Both the position numbers and the translations under genes were made by a program. Below, one piece after another: positions 29,171 to 38,182 of a stretch of 64,000 bases of DNA. Numbering within the stretch: the stretch's first letter is position 1; the number at the start of each line of letters is the position of its first letter. This stretch comes from an uncultured Chloroflexia bacterium (GTDB lineage: Bacteria > Chloroflexota > Limnocylindria > Limnocylindrales > CSP1-4): NCBI GenBank assembly GCA_963821595.1, contig CAWGEL010000031.1:38656-102655 (forward strand), given 5' to 3'. A model generated the notes under the pieces. It was not told where the DNA came from and made no database searches. It saw only the letters and a program-made list of their open reading frames with translations.

Positions 29171-30823
29171 ATGTACTGGGCCGACGAGCTTGCTGCCTCG
29201 GTGGAGGGGCCGCAGGTCGTCAACGACTCCAAGACCCCGTCGGGCACGGTCCACGTCGGCAGCCTTCGCGGCCCGGTCATCCTCGACGTGATCGCCCGCG
29301 CCCTGCGCGCCCGCGACGTGCCGACGACGCTCCTGTACGGCGTCGACGACATGGACGCCATGGATGCCCAGGCGCTGCTCACCCCCGATGCGATCGAGGC
29401 GGCGATGGGCGTGCCCGTCAGCCGGATCCCGGACCAGGCCGGCGACTGCCACGCGTCCTATGCCCGCCACCACGCCCAGGTGTTCATGGACACGTTCGCC
29501 GTGATGGGGATCCGGCCCGACCGCTACTACTGGATGAGCGACATCTACCCGACCGGCCAGATGGATCCCGTACATCCGGGCCGCGCTGGACCGGGCCGCG
29601 ATCGGCCGCGAGCTCTACCTGCGGCGTGTCGAACGTGGAGCGACCCGACGGCTGGCTGCCGATCGGGGTGATCTGCCCGACCTGCGGCAAGGTCGGCACG
29701 ACGCTCGCGACGCGACTGGGACGGCGAGACGGTGGCGTTCCGTGCCTGCCCGACTACGTGACCTGGGCCCGCGGCTGCGGGACGAGCGGCCGGCTGTCGC
29801 CGTTCGGCGGCGCCGCCAAGCTCACCTGGAACTTCGAGTGGGCGGCCCAGTGGTCGCTGTTCGGGGTGACGATCGAGCCGTGCGGCAAGGACCTGGCCAC
29901 GGCCGGCGGGTCTCGCGATCGTTCGGACGCCATCGCCCGCGAGGTGTTCGACCGCGAGCCGCCTCGCAACCTGCCCTACGAGTTCCTCAACGTCGGCGGC
30001 CGCAAGATGTCGACCTCCAAGGGCCGCGGCGCTGCGGCCCACGAGATCGTCGACGTGGTCCCGCCCGAGCAGCTCCGCCTGCTGTTCCTGCGGCCGCGCC
30101 CGAATCACGCGATCGAGTTCGACCCGTACGGCTCCGACGCGATCCCGCGGCTGTTCGACGAATTCGACCGGCTGGCCGACGCGACGGCCGGGCGGGAGGT
30201 CCGCGGCGAGCTGCCGGCGGACGCCGGGCACATCTTCCGCTACGCGCTGCTCGACGCGGGCGCCGACGTCGCCGCCGAGGCGGCCGCCTACCGGCCCGGC
30301 GTTCGGGCACCTGGCGCTCCTGGCCCAGGTCCCGGGCGTCGACATCGAGGGACGGGTCGAGGCGGAGAAGGGGAGCCCGCTCACGGGCGACGAGCGCACG
30401 CTCCTCGAGCGGCGCCTCGCGGCGGCCCGCGGCTGGCTCGAGTCGTACGCGCCGGAGCGGGCGGTCATCGAGGTCCGCCGGGACGGGCTGCCGGCCGAGG
30501 CCGCGTCCCTTGGCGAGGACCAGCGGGCGTGGCTCGGCGCGCTCGCCATCGCCGCGGAGCGAGAGGGGCCCCGCGTCGGGCGAGGCCTGGCAGGGGTTGA
30601 TCTTCCGCCTGGCCGGCGAGGCGGCACTGGCCTCGGGCCGGGCGTTCGGCGGCGCTCTACGTCGCCTTCCTCGGCCGCACGAACGGCCCCCGCGCGGGCT
30701 GGCTCCTGGCCAGCCTGGACGTGCCCTTCGTCGTGGCCCGCCTGCGCGAGGCGGCTGGCTGGCGTCATCATGGCGCCGACGAGGTTGCCGCGCGCCCAGG
30801 CGCGGCGGAGGGCGATTCGATGA
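29171..30823 (+). CDS. lysS: class I lysine--tRNA ligase; at least 7-8 one-base frame jumps
   Basis: Starts MYWADELA...KTPSGTVHVGSLRGPVI...DDMD. The chain continues through IRAALDRAAIGRELY / ERPDGWLPIGVICPTCGKVG / WDGETVAFRAC / PDYVTWARGCG...KLTWNFEWAAQW...EPCGKDLATAGGSRD...GGRKMSTSKG / FGHLALLAQVPGVD / GEAWQGLIFRLAGE / ALYVAFLGRTNGPRAGWLLASLD, spread over all three frames. The end is tentatively the TGA overlapping the serS ATG. Confidence 0.8.
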
Positions 30824-32160
30824 GCGTCGGGCTGCAGCGGCTCCGCGAGGAGCCGGACGTCATCCGCAAGGGTGCGCGCGACAAGGGCGAGGACGCCTCG
30901 CTGGTCGACGCCGCGATCGCCCTCGATGTCCGGCGCCGCGAGCTGCTCTCCGAGAGCGATCACCTCAAGGCGGAGCGCAACGCCGTCTCGAAGCGGGTGG
31001 GGGAGGCGATCCGCGGCGGGGCCGCGCCCGACGGTCCCGACGTCGCCGAGCTCAAGGCAGCATCCGTGCGCGCCGGCGAACGGATCGCAACGGTTGACGA
31101 AGAGGCTGCCCGGGTCGAGGCGGAGCTCGAGGACCTGATGCTCCGCATCCCCAACCCGGCCGATCCCGACGTGCCCGTCGGTGACGCCGACGCCAACGTC
31201 ACGATCCGGACGTGGGGCGAGCTGCTCCCACGCGTCGTGCCGGTCCACGGGGAAGTCGGGGCCGACGCGAGCCGGGAGACGTGGGAGCGGCGGCCGCACT
31301 GGGAGGTGGCCGAGCGCCTGGGCATGTTCGACCTGGAGCGTGGAGCCAAGATCACGGGCTCGGGCTTTCCCGTCTACCGCGGCGCCGGCGCCGCCCTCCA
31401 GCGCGCCCTCATCGACTTCTTCCTGGCCGTCCACACGCGGGAGAATGGCTTCACGGAGATCTGGCCGCCGGCCGTCGTCAACGCGGCGTCGGCGCGGGGT
31501 ACCGGGCAGATCCCGGACAAGGAAGACCAGATGTACGTCGTGACGCGGGACGAGCTGTACCTGGTGCCGACTGCCGAAGTCCCGGTCACGAACCTCCACC
31601 GCGACGAGATCTTCGAGGCGGACCAGCTGCCGATCCGCTACGCCGCGTACACGCCCTGCTTCCGGCGCGAGGCCGGCGCGGCCGGCAAGGACACGCGCGG
31701 GATCATGCGCGTCCACCAGTTCGACAAGGTGGAGATGGTCCTGTTCGAGAAGCCGGCCGACTCGCCCGCTGCGCTCGAATGGATGACCGGGCGCGCGGAG
31801 GACCTGCTCCGCAGGCTCGGGCTTGCCTACCGCGTGCTCCTGATGGCGACGCGGGACATGGGCTTCGTCCAGGCTCGCAAGTACGACCTGGAGGTGTGGG
31901 CGCCGGGCGTGGAACGCTGGCTGGAGGTCTCTTCCTGCTCCAACTTCCGCGACTACCAGGCGCGCCGCATGGCGATCCGCCACCGGCCCGCCGCGGGTGC
32001 TCGGCCGGAGCTCGTCCACACGCTCAACGGGTCCGGCCTCGCGCTGGCCCGGGTCGTGGCCGCGATCCTGGAGACGTATCAGCAGCGCGATGGCTCGCTC
32101 GCCGTGCCTGCGCCCCTGCAGGCGACGATGGGCACGGACGTGGTGCGGCCCAAGGATTGA
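30820..32160 (+). CDS. serS: serine--tRNA ligase
   Basis: A GGAGGG RBS precedes the start. An N-terminal coiled coil (LQRLREEPDVIRKG...LKAERNAVSKRV) is followed by the class II core (YLVPTAEVPVTNLHRDE, FRREAGAAGKDTRGIMRVHQFDKVE, GSGLALARVVAAILE). Intact. Confidence 0.95.
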   Translation: MSVGLQRLREEPDVIRKGARDKGEDASLVDAAIALDVRRRELLSESDHLKAERNAVSKRVGEAIRGGAAPDGPDVAELKAASVRAGERIATVDEEAARVEAELEDLMLRIPNPADPDVPVGDADANVTIRTWGELLPRVVPVHGEVGADASRETWERRPHWEVAERLGMFDLERGAKITGSGFPVYRGAGAALQRALIDFFLAVHTRENGFTEIWPPAVVNAASARGTGQIPDKEDQMYVVTRDELYLVPTAEVPVTNLHRDEIFEADQLPIRYAAYTPCFRREAGAAGKDTRGIMRVHQFDKVEMVLFEKPADSPAALEWMTGRAEDLLRRLGLAYRVLLMATRDMGFVQARKYDLEVWAPGVERWLEVSSCSNFRDYQARRMAIRHRPAAGARPELVHTLNGSGLALARVVAAILETYQQRDGSLAVPAPLQATMGTDVVRPKD

Positions 32161-32209
32161 CGAGGCGGTGCCGCGTCCGGCGCCGGCAGAGCGTCCCGGA
32201 GGGAAGACC

Positions 32210-33037
32210 GTGACCGACCAGCCGCCCGACCAGGGTGCGCCGCCGTCCGGAAGCGCGCCGTGGGATGACCAGGGCGTTGCGCCAGGCCCCTTGCCCGGCG
32301 CGGTCCCCGGCCCGGCGCCTGACCAGGGGACACCGTCCCCGGGAGGCCAGTGGCCGCCGCCCGGGTATGCTCCGGCAGCCGGCCCCGGGCTACCCGGCTA
32401 CGCCCCGCCGGGCGCCTACCCGCCGCCACCGCCGGGCTACTACGCGCCTCCGCCCGGCGCGTACCCGCCTCCGCCCGGCGCGTACCCGCCGGCCGGGTAC
32501 GGCCCACCGGGTGGCGGCTGGCAGCGGCCGGTCGACCTCACCGGGCCGGCTCCGGGCGTCTCGTTCGCCGGTCACGGAGCGCGCCTGGGCGCCTATCTCC
32601 TCGATGTCATCATCGTGGGCTTCGTCACGGGCATCCTCTCGGCCGTCCTCCTGATCGCGACGGCCGCTTCCATCGATTGGGCCGCGGTCCGTGACTTCCA
32701 TGCGAGCGAGGCCAGCAGCGCCGACGTGACCCGCGTCTTCGGCCCCCTCTTCGCCCTGATCCCGGGTTTCCTCCTGATCGGCCTGCTCGGGCTCTGCTAC
32801 TTCCCGTTCTTCTGGGCGAGGGACGGCCAGACGCTGGGCATGAAGGTGGCCGGCATCCGGGTGGTCCGCGACCGCGACGGCGCTCCGATCGGGTGGGGGA
32901 CCGCCATCCTCCGGCTGATCGGCTTCTGGGTCAGCGGGGCCGTCATGTGGCTCGGCTTCATCTGGATCCTGATCGACGGCCGCCGGCGGGGCTGGCACGA
33001 CCTGATCGCGGGCACCTGCGTGATCAGCGCGCGCTGA
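32210..33037 (+). CDS. RDD family membrane protein with a Pro/Gly/Tyr-rich N-terminus
   Basis: A GGAGGGA RBS precedes GTG 32210. The N-terminus has PPGAYPPPPPGYYAPPPGAYPPPPGAYPPAGYGPPGG repeats. It then reads AGHGARLGAYLLDVIIVGF...GQTLGMKVAGIRVV...GWHDLIAGTCVI, which is RDD-like. Confidence 0.75.
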   Translation: MTDQPPDQGAPPSGSAPWDDQGVAPGPLPGAVPGPAPDQGTPSPGGQWPPPGYAPAAGPGLPGYAPPGAYPPPPPGYYAPPPGAYPPPPGAYPPAGYGPPGGGWQRPVDLTGPAPGVSFAGHGARLGAYLLDVIIVGFVTGILSAVLLIATAASIDWAAVRDFHASEASSADVTRVFGPLFALIPGFLLIGLLGLCYFPFFWARDGQTLGMKVAGIRVVRDRDGAPIGWGTAILRLIGFWVSGAVMWLGFIWILIDGRRRGWHDLIAGTCVISAR

Positions 33038-33111
33038 CGGGACGGGCCCCTGGCCCGGGAGACCGGCCCGGGGGCGCGTGGGGTCCGCGGCGCCCCGGCC
33101 CGGCGGGCCCG

Positions 33112-34140
33112 CTACTTCGCCACGATCGTGACGCTGGCGGTCATGTTCCAGCGCACGTTCGGCGGCAACGGCGTCGTCGGCTCGATGAGCACCTGGTAGA
33201 CGATGTTGCCCTGGTAGGTCTCGCCGTACGGGCGGATCTCCCGCACGATCCCGTCGAACGACTGTCCCGGGAACGCGTCCAGGGTGATCGTCGCCGCGGC
33301 GCCGACGTCGAAGCGGGCCGCGGCCGTCTCGTCCAGGTCCGTGGTCTGGATTCGCCAGGCGGTCGTGTCCTGGAGGCGGATCAACGGCGCGCCCGGCGAC
33401 ACGTTTTCGCCGATCGAGGGAGCGGCGAAGGCGACGACGCCGGCAAACGGGGCGACGAGCTGGAGGTCGGCGCGCGCGGCCACGGCCTCGTCGACGGACG
33501 CCTGGGCCCGCGCGGCGTCGGCGGTCGCGGCCGTCCCGGCGGCGTGGGCCGCCGCGGCCGCCTGCCGGGCCACGCGGACCTGGGCCTTCGCCGCCGTCAC
33601 GCCAGCCGCCGCCGCATCCACGGCCGCGTTGGCGGCGCGCTTCTGCGCCGAGCGTGCCGCGGACGGGAGCTGGTCCCGCTCCGCCCGGGCCTGGTTCCAC
33701 GCCGCCGTCGCCTGCGTGACCTGGGCACTGGCCACGGCGACGGCCTCGTCTGCCTGGCGTCCGGCGGCTGCGGCCTGCGTCGCCTGCGCCTGGGCCGCGA
33801 CGAGGGCGGCCTGCGCCTGCGCCACCACTGCGTCGGCCTGGGAATGGTCCAGGCCCAGGAGCTCGTCGCCGGCCGCGACGCGCGCTCCTTCGGCCGCCAC
33901 GAACGTCACTCGACCCGGAGCAGCCACGCCAAGCTCCGCAGACCGGACCGGGACGACGGACGCGTCGGCGGTGACATCCTGGGCGAGCGGCACCGGTGGC
34001 AGCGTGCCGGTCGGTGCCGGAGCCGGGGTGGTGCCGGGCAGCCCGCGGCTGACCAGCAGCGCGCCGCCAACGGCGATCACGAGGATGACGACGACCAGCG
34101 CGACCCGTCTCACGGTTGGCTCCCGGTGGTGGCGCCGCAT
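33112..34140 (-). CDS. HlyD/MacA-type efflux adaptor (membrane fusion) protein
   Basis: An N-terminal TM anchor is followed by a long Ala/Gln-rich coiled-coil hairpin and a beta-barrel-like C-terminus (LVAPFAGVV...ITLDAFPGQSFDGIVREI). It is the last gene of the ABC operon. Confidence 0.75.
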   Translation of the reverse strand: MRRHHREPTVRRVALVVVILVIAVGGALLVSRGLPGTTPAPAPTGTLPPVPLAQDVTADASVVPVRSAELGVAAPGRVTFVAAEGARVAAGDELLGLDHSQADAVVAQAQAALVAAQAQATQAAAAGRQADEAVAVASAQVTQATAAWNQARAERDQLPSAARSAQKRAANAAVDAAAAGVTAAKAQVRVARQAAAAAHAAGTAATADAARAQASVDEAVAARADLQLVAPFAGVVAFAAPSIGENVSPGAPLIRLQDTTAWRIQTTDLDETAAARFDVGAAATITLDAFPGQSFDGIVREIRPYGETYQGNIVYQVLIEPTTPLPPNVRWNMTASVTIVAK

Positions 34141-34170
34141 TCGCAGCGCACGTGGCGACCTGAAGGCACG

Positions 34171-36555
34171 TCATTCATAGGCCAGGACCTCGCGAACGGC
34201 GAGCCGCGTCGCCCGCCAGGCGGGAAGGAGGCTCGCGACGGCGGCCAGCACGACGACGACGGCCAGCCAGACCAGCGTCCCTTCGAACGAGAACGCGTAC
34301 GAGAGCGGGCGCCGGATGAACGTCAGCCCGAGCGCGTCCGACAGCAGTTTCGAGATCGGGAACGCGAGGATCACGCCGAGACCCCAGGAGAGCAGGCCGA
34401 TCAGCAAGCCCTCCACGAGGAAGATGCGGAAGACCGCGCGGTCCGAGGCCCCGACCGCCCGGATCACCCCGATCTCCCGCGCCCGCTCGACGACGTTGAT
34501 GCTCATCGTGCCCATGAGGCCGAGGCCCCCGACCACGCCGAGCAGCACGGCCATGATCGACAGGAACACGGTCAGCACGTTGAACAGTGTCACCTCCGTA
34601 GAGCGGATCTCGCTGGTCGTGGTCGTGGCGGCCACGTCGATGCCCATCGACCGCAGGTGGCCCGCGACCGCCGCGGCGACCTGGTCCTGGCGGGCAGGGT
34701 CGTGGCGGTCCGTGACGACCATGTCGAGAAGCGCCTTGCCGACGTCGCGCGTGGCCTGTTCGAAGGGGCCCGCGTTGGCGAACAGGAACGGGCGCTGCGT
34801 GGGCGACTGCACGATGCCGACGAGCGTCCACGTGGTGTCACGGCCGTTGAGCCGGATGGTCAGCTGCTGGCCCACGGCGAGGTCCGGCTCGTCGTCGCGG
34901 ACGTTGGCGGTCGCGACGACGGCGTTGCCGTCGGCCGGCAGGAGCCAGCGACCCTCCTGGATGACGGGCCGGACGGTTGCCGCGTTCAGGGGCAGCCCGA
35001 ACATCGACGTGGACTGGCCGTCGCTGCCGTCGGGCCGGATGATGTTGGCGTTGGCGAACTGCCAGGCCTCCGCGTTCACGACGCCCGGCACCCGCTTCGC
35101 TTCCGCCGCGATCACGTCCGCGCGGGCCGGCTGGTTCAGCTCCACCTGGACGTCGTAGGCGAAGTAGTCAAGGGCGTTGTCGAGCGTCTTGTACAGCGAC
35201 GCCCGGACGCTGAACACACTCATGACGACGGCGCCGCCGAAGGTCAGGGCGGCCAGCGTGAGCGCCAGGCGAGCCTTGCGCCGGAACGTGTTGCGGAGCG
35301 ACAGGAGCACCGGGCGCGGCAGACCCCGGATGCGCTGGAGCGCGCGGTCCAGGCGCGCTCGTCCGAAATGGTCGCCCAGGCCGGTGCTCGAGAGCGCCTC
35401 GTGAACCGTCACGCGCGCGCCCCGGGCGACGGGCACGAGCGCCGCCAGCAGTGGCGCCAGCAGCCCGACGCCGACCTCGGCGCCGATCACGGACGGCGGC
35501 GCGAAGATGCCGCTCGGGTCGAAGTTGGCGAGGCCGGCCGTGAACGTGGTGAGCGCCCACGCCCCGATCGCGCCGAGCGGCAGGGCCACGCCCAGTGACA
35601 GGACCGCGTAGGCGAGGACCAGGCCGAGGTACAGCCGCGCGATCTGCGACGTCCGCCCGCCAACCGCCTTCATGATCCCGATCTGCCGCGTCTGCTGGGC
35701 GAGGATGGCGCTGATGGTGTTGACGACCAGGAACCCTGACACCAGCAGCGAGAGGCCGCCGATCACGCCGAGCACCAGGAACAGGCCCTGGATGAGGTCG
35801 TTGGCCGGGTGCTGGCCCGGCGTCGGGACGAAGGTGAAGAAGACCGTCGCTCCCGCCCGTTCCAGCCGGTCGTGGATGGGCGTCGTGGCGGCCTGGACCT
35901 GGGCCTTGGTCAGGCTGGTGTCCGCGAGCCGGACGCGGAGCTGGTCGTAGCCGCTGCCGAAGCCCAGGTCCTCCAGCGTCTGGAACGTCACGTGGCCCTG
36001 GAGGATGCCCATGTAGAACGCCGGGTAGGTGCCCACCTCCCAGTCCAGGCCGCCCACCGTCAGGGCATGGAGCTTGCCGTCGGCCGTCTGCACGGTGACC
36101 CTGGCGCCCGGTACGAGCCAGGGCTCGAGTCGCAGCGAGGAGCGTTCGATCTCGATCTGGCCGGCCTTCGGCGGCCAGTCGCCGGTCTGTGGCCGCACCA
36201 GGTCCAGGCGCTGGTCCCGGAAATCGGTGAGGGCCGTGAGCTGGAGCTCGCGGTAGGAGTCGGGCCCCGTCTGGAGGCGAAGGGTCACCGTCCGGCGCGG
36301 CTCCGCGTCGGCGACACCGGGCATCGTCCGGATCGCCTCGACGAGCGCATCGTCGAAGGACCCGGTGTAGAAGGTCATGCTCGACGGCTCGCTCGCCGCG
36401 TACTCGTCGTGGACCGTCCGCTGGAGGAGGGCGTCGGCCCCGGCGATCGTCCCGATCGCGAACACGCCGACCGCGATCGACAGCACGACGAGCACGGTGC
36501 GAGTGCGGTTGCCGGCCAGGTCCCGGAGGACCTTTCGCCAGCGGATCCAGCGCAC
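34171..36555 (-). CDS. ABC transporter permease with two FtsX-type domains (MacB-like)
   Basis: 794 aa, beginning RWRKVLRDLAGNRTRTVLVVLSIAVGVF. Two large extracytoplasmic domains are each followed by a QTRQIGIMKAVGG / REIGVIRAVGAS FtsX signature and a three-helix bundle. Confidence 0.85.
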   Translation of the reverse strand: MRWIRWRKVLRDLAGNRTRTVLVVLSIAVGVFAIGTIAGADALLQRTVHDEYAASEPSSMTFYTGSFDDALVEAIRTMPGVADAEPRRTVTLRLQTGPDSYRELQLTALTDFRDQRLDLVRPQTGDWPPKAGQIEIERSSLRLEPWLVPGARVTVQTADGKLHALTVGGLDWEVGTYPAFYMGILQGHVTFQTLEDLGFGSGYDQLRVRLADTSLTKAQVQAATTPIHDRLERAGATVFFTFVPTPGQHPANDLIQGLFLVLGVIGGLSLLVSGFLVVNTISAILAQQTRQIGIMKAVGGRTSQIARLYLGLVLAYAVLSLGVALPLGAIGAWALTTFTAGLANFDPSGIFAPPSVIGAEVGVGLLAPLLAALVPVARGARVTVHEALSSTGLGDHFGRARLDRALQRIRGLPRPVLLSLRNTFRRKARLALTLAALTFGGAVVMSVFSVRASLYKTLDNALDYFAYDVQVELNQPARADVIAAEAKRVPGVVNAEAWQFANANIIRPDGSDGQSTSMFGLPLNAATVRPVIQEGRWLLPADGNAVVATANVRDDEPDLAVGQQLTIRLNGRDTTWTLVGIVQSPTQRPFLFANAGPFEQATRDVGKALLDMVVTDRHDPARQDQVAAAVAGHLRSMGIDVAATTTTSEIRSTEVTLFNVLTVFLSIMAVLLGVVGGLGLMGTMSINVVERAREIGVIRAVGASDRAVFRIFLVEGLLIGLLSWGLGVILAFPISKLLSDALGLTFIRRPLSYAFSFEGTLVWLAVVVVLAAVASLLPAWRATRLAVREVLAYE

Positions 36556-36564
36556 GCCGCGCCC

Positions 36565-37419
<855 letters not shown>

Positions 37420-37549
37420 CGTACCGCGGGAGGCGGAGGAGGCGGTCGTGCGCCGTCCGGCGCCAAGAGACCGATCACGCGGGTGGACGCGCAGACGCCG
37501 GGCGACGCGTCGCCGACCCGGTGCCAAGTCGGCCCGACCCGGAGGTCGC

Positions 37550-38152
37550 TCAGGCCTGGTCGGCCAGCACTGCCCGGACCTGGGCCCAGCGAAGGCCCAT
37601 CCGGGAATCCGCGCCTTGGCCGCCGTGGACCAGGAGCACGCCCGCGAGCCCGGCCTTGAAGTGCGGGTCGACGATCACCCCGGTGAGGACAGAGCCGTTC
37701 ACGATGCACGTGAGGCACGGCCCCGCGGAAACGAGGGTGAGGCGGTTGGCCGCGGCGAGGCCCGGCGCGAACGGGGCGTCGTCCGGGATGGCGCCATCGA
37801 CGACCACGCGTGGCACCCCGTCCTCGACGGCCAGGATGGAGGCTCGGCGGTCCGGCGTCACCACGAACGCGAGGTAGGCGCGATCAGAGACCTGGCGCAG
37901 GAACAGGCCGTAGGCGTCACTGGATCCGCCCGCTTCCAGGGCCACGACCGCGTCGATGACGACGTCGCGGAAGCTCGCGGCGGAGAATGGGTACCCGGCG
38001 ATCGCGCCCGGAGCCGGTGCCTGCACCGCCAGCCTGCCATCACCGACGGCCGCGACCGGCGAGCGGGGTCCGTCCGGCTCTGCTGCCGGATCGACCGTCA
38101 GGAGGATTGCCGGAGCCCCCTCGGGCGGTCGAGCCGGGATTGGCAGTGCCAT
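37550..38152 (-). CDS. hypothetical protein, possibly a DUF1080/LamG-like beta-sandwich
   Basis: A GGAGG RBS precedes ATG 38152. ...[18 protein letters not shown]...[21 protein letters not shown]...[11 protein letters not shown]...MGLRWAQVR resembles the jelly-roll pattern of DUF1080 proteins (weak). It starts 30 nt after the stop of the giant ORF. Confidence 0.55.
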   Translation of the reverse strand: MALPIPARPPEGAPAILLTVDPAAEPDGPRSPVAAVGDGRLAVQAPAPGAIAGYPFSAASFRDVVIDAVVALEAGGSSDAYGLFLRQVSDRAYLAFVVTPDRRASILAVEDGVPRVVVDGAIPDDAPFAPGLAAANRLTLVSAGPCLTCIVNGSVLTGVIVDPHFKAGLAGVLLVHGGQGADSRMGLRWAQVRAVLADQA

Positions 38153-38182
38153 TGCGTCCTCCACGGGCCACGTGTGGGCTGC

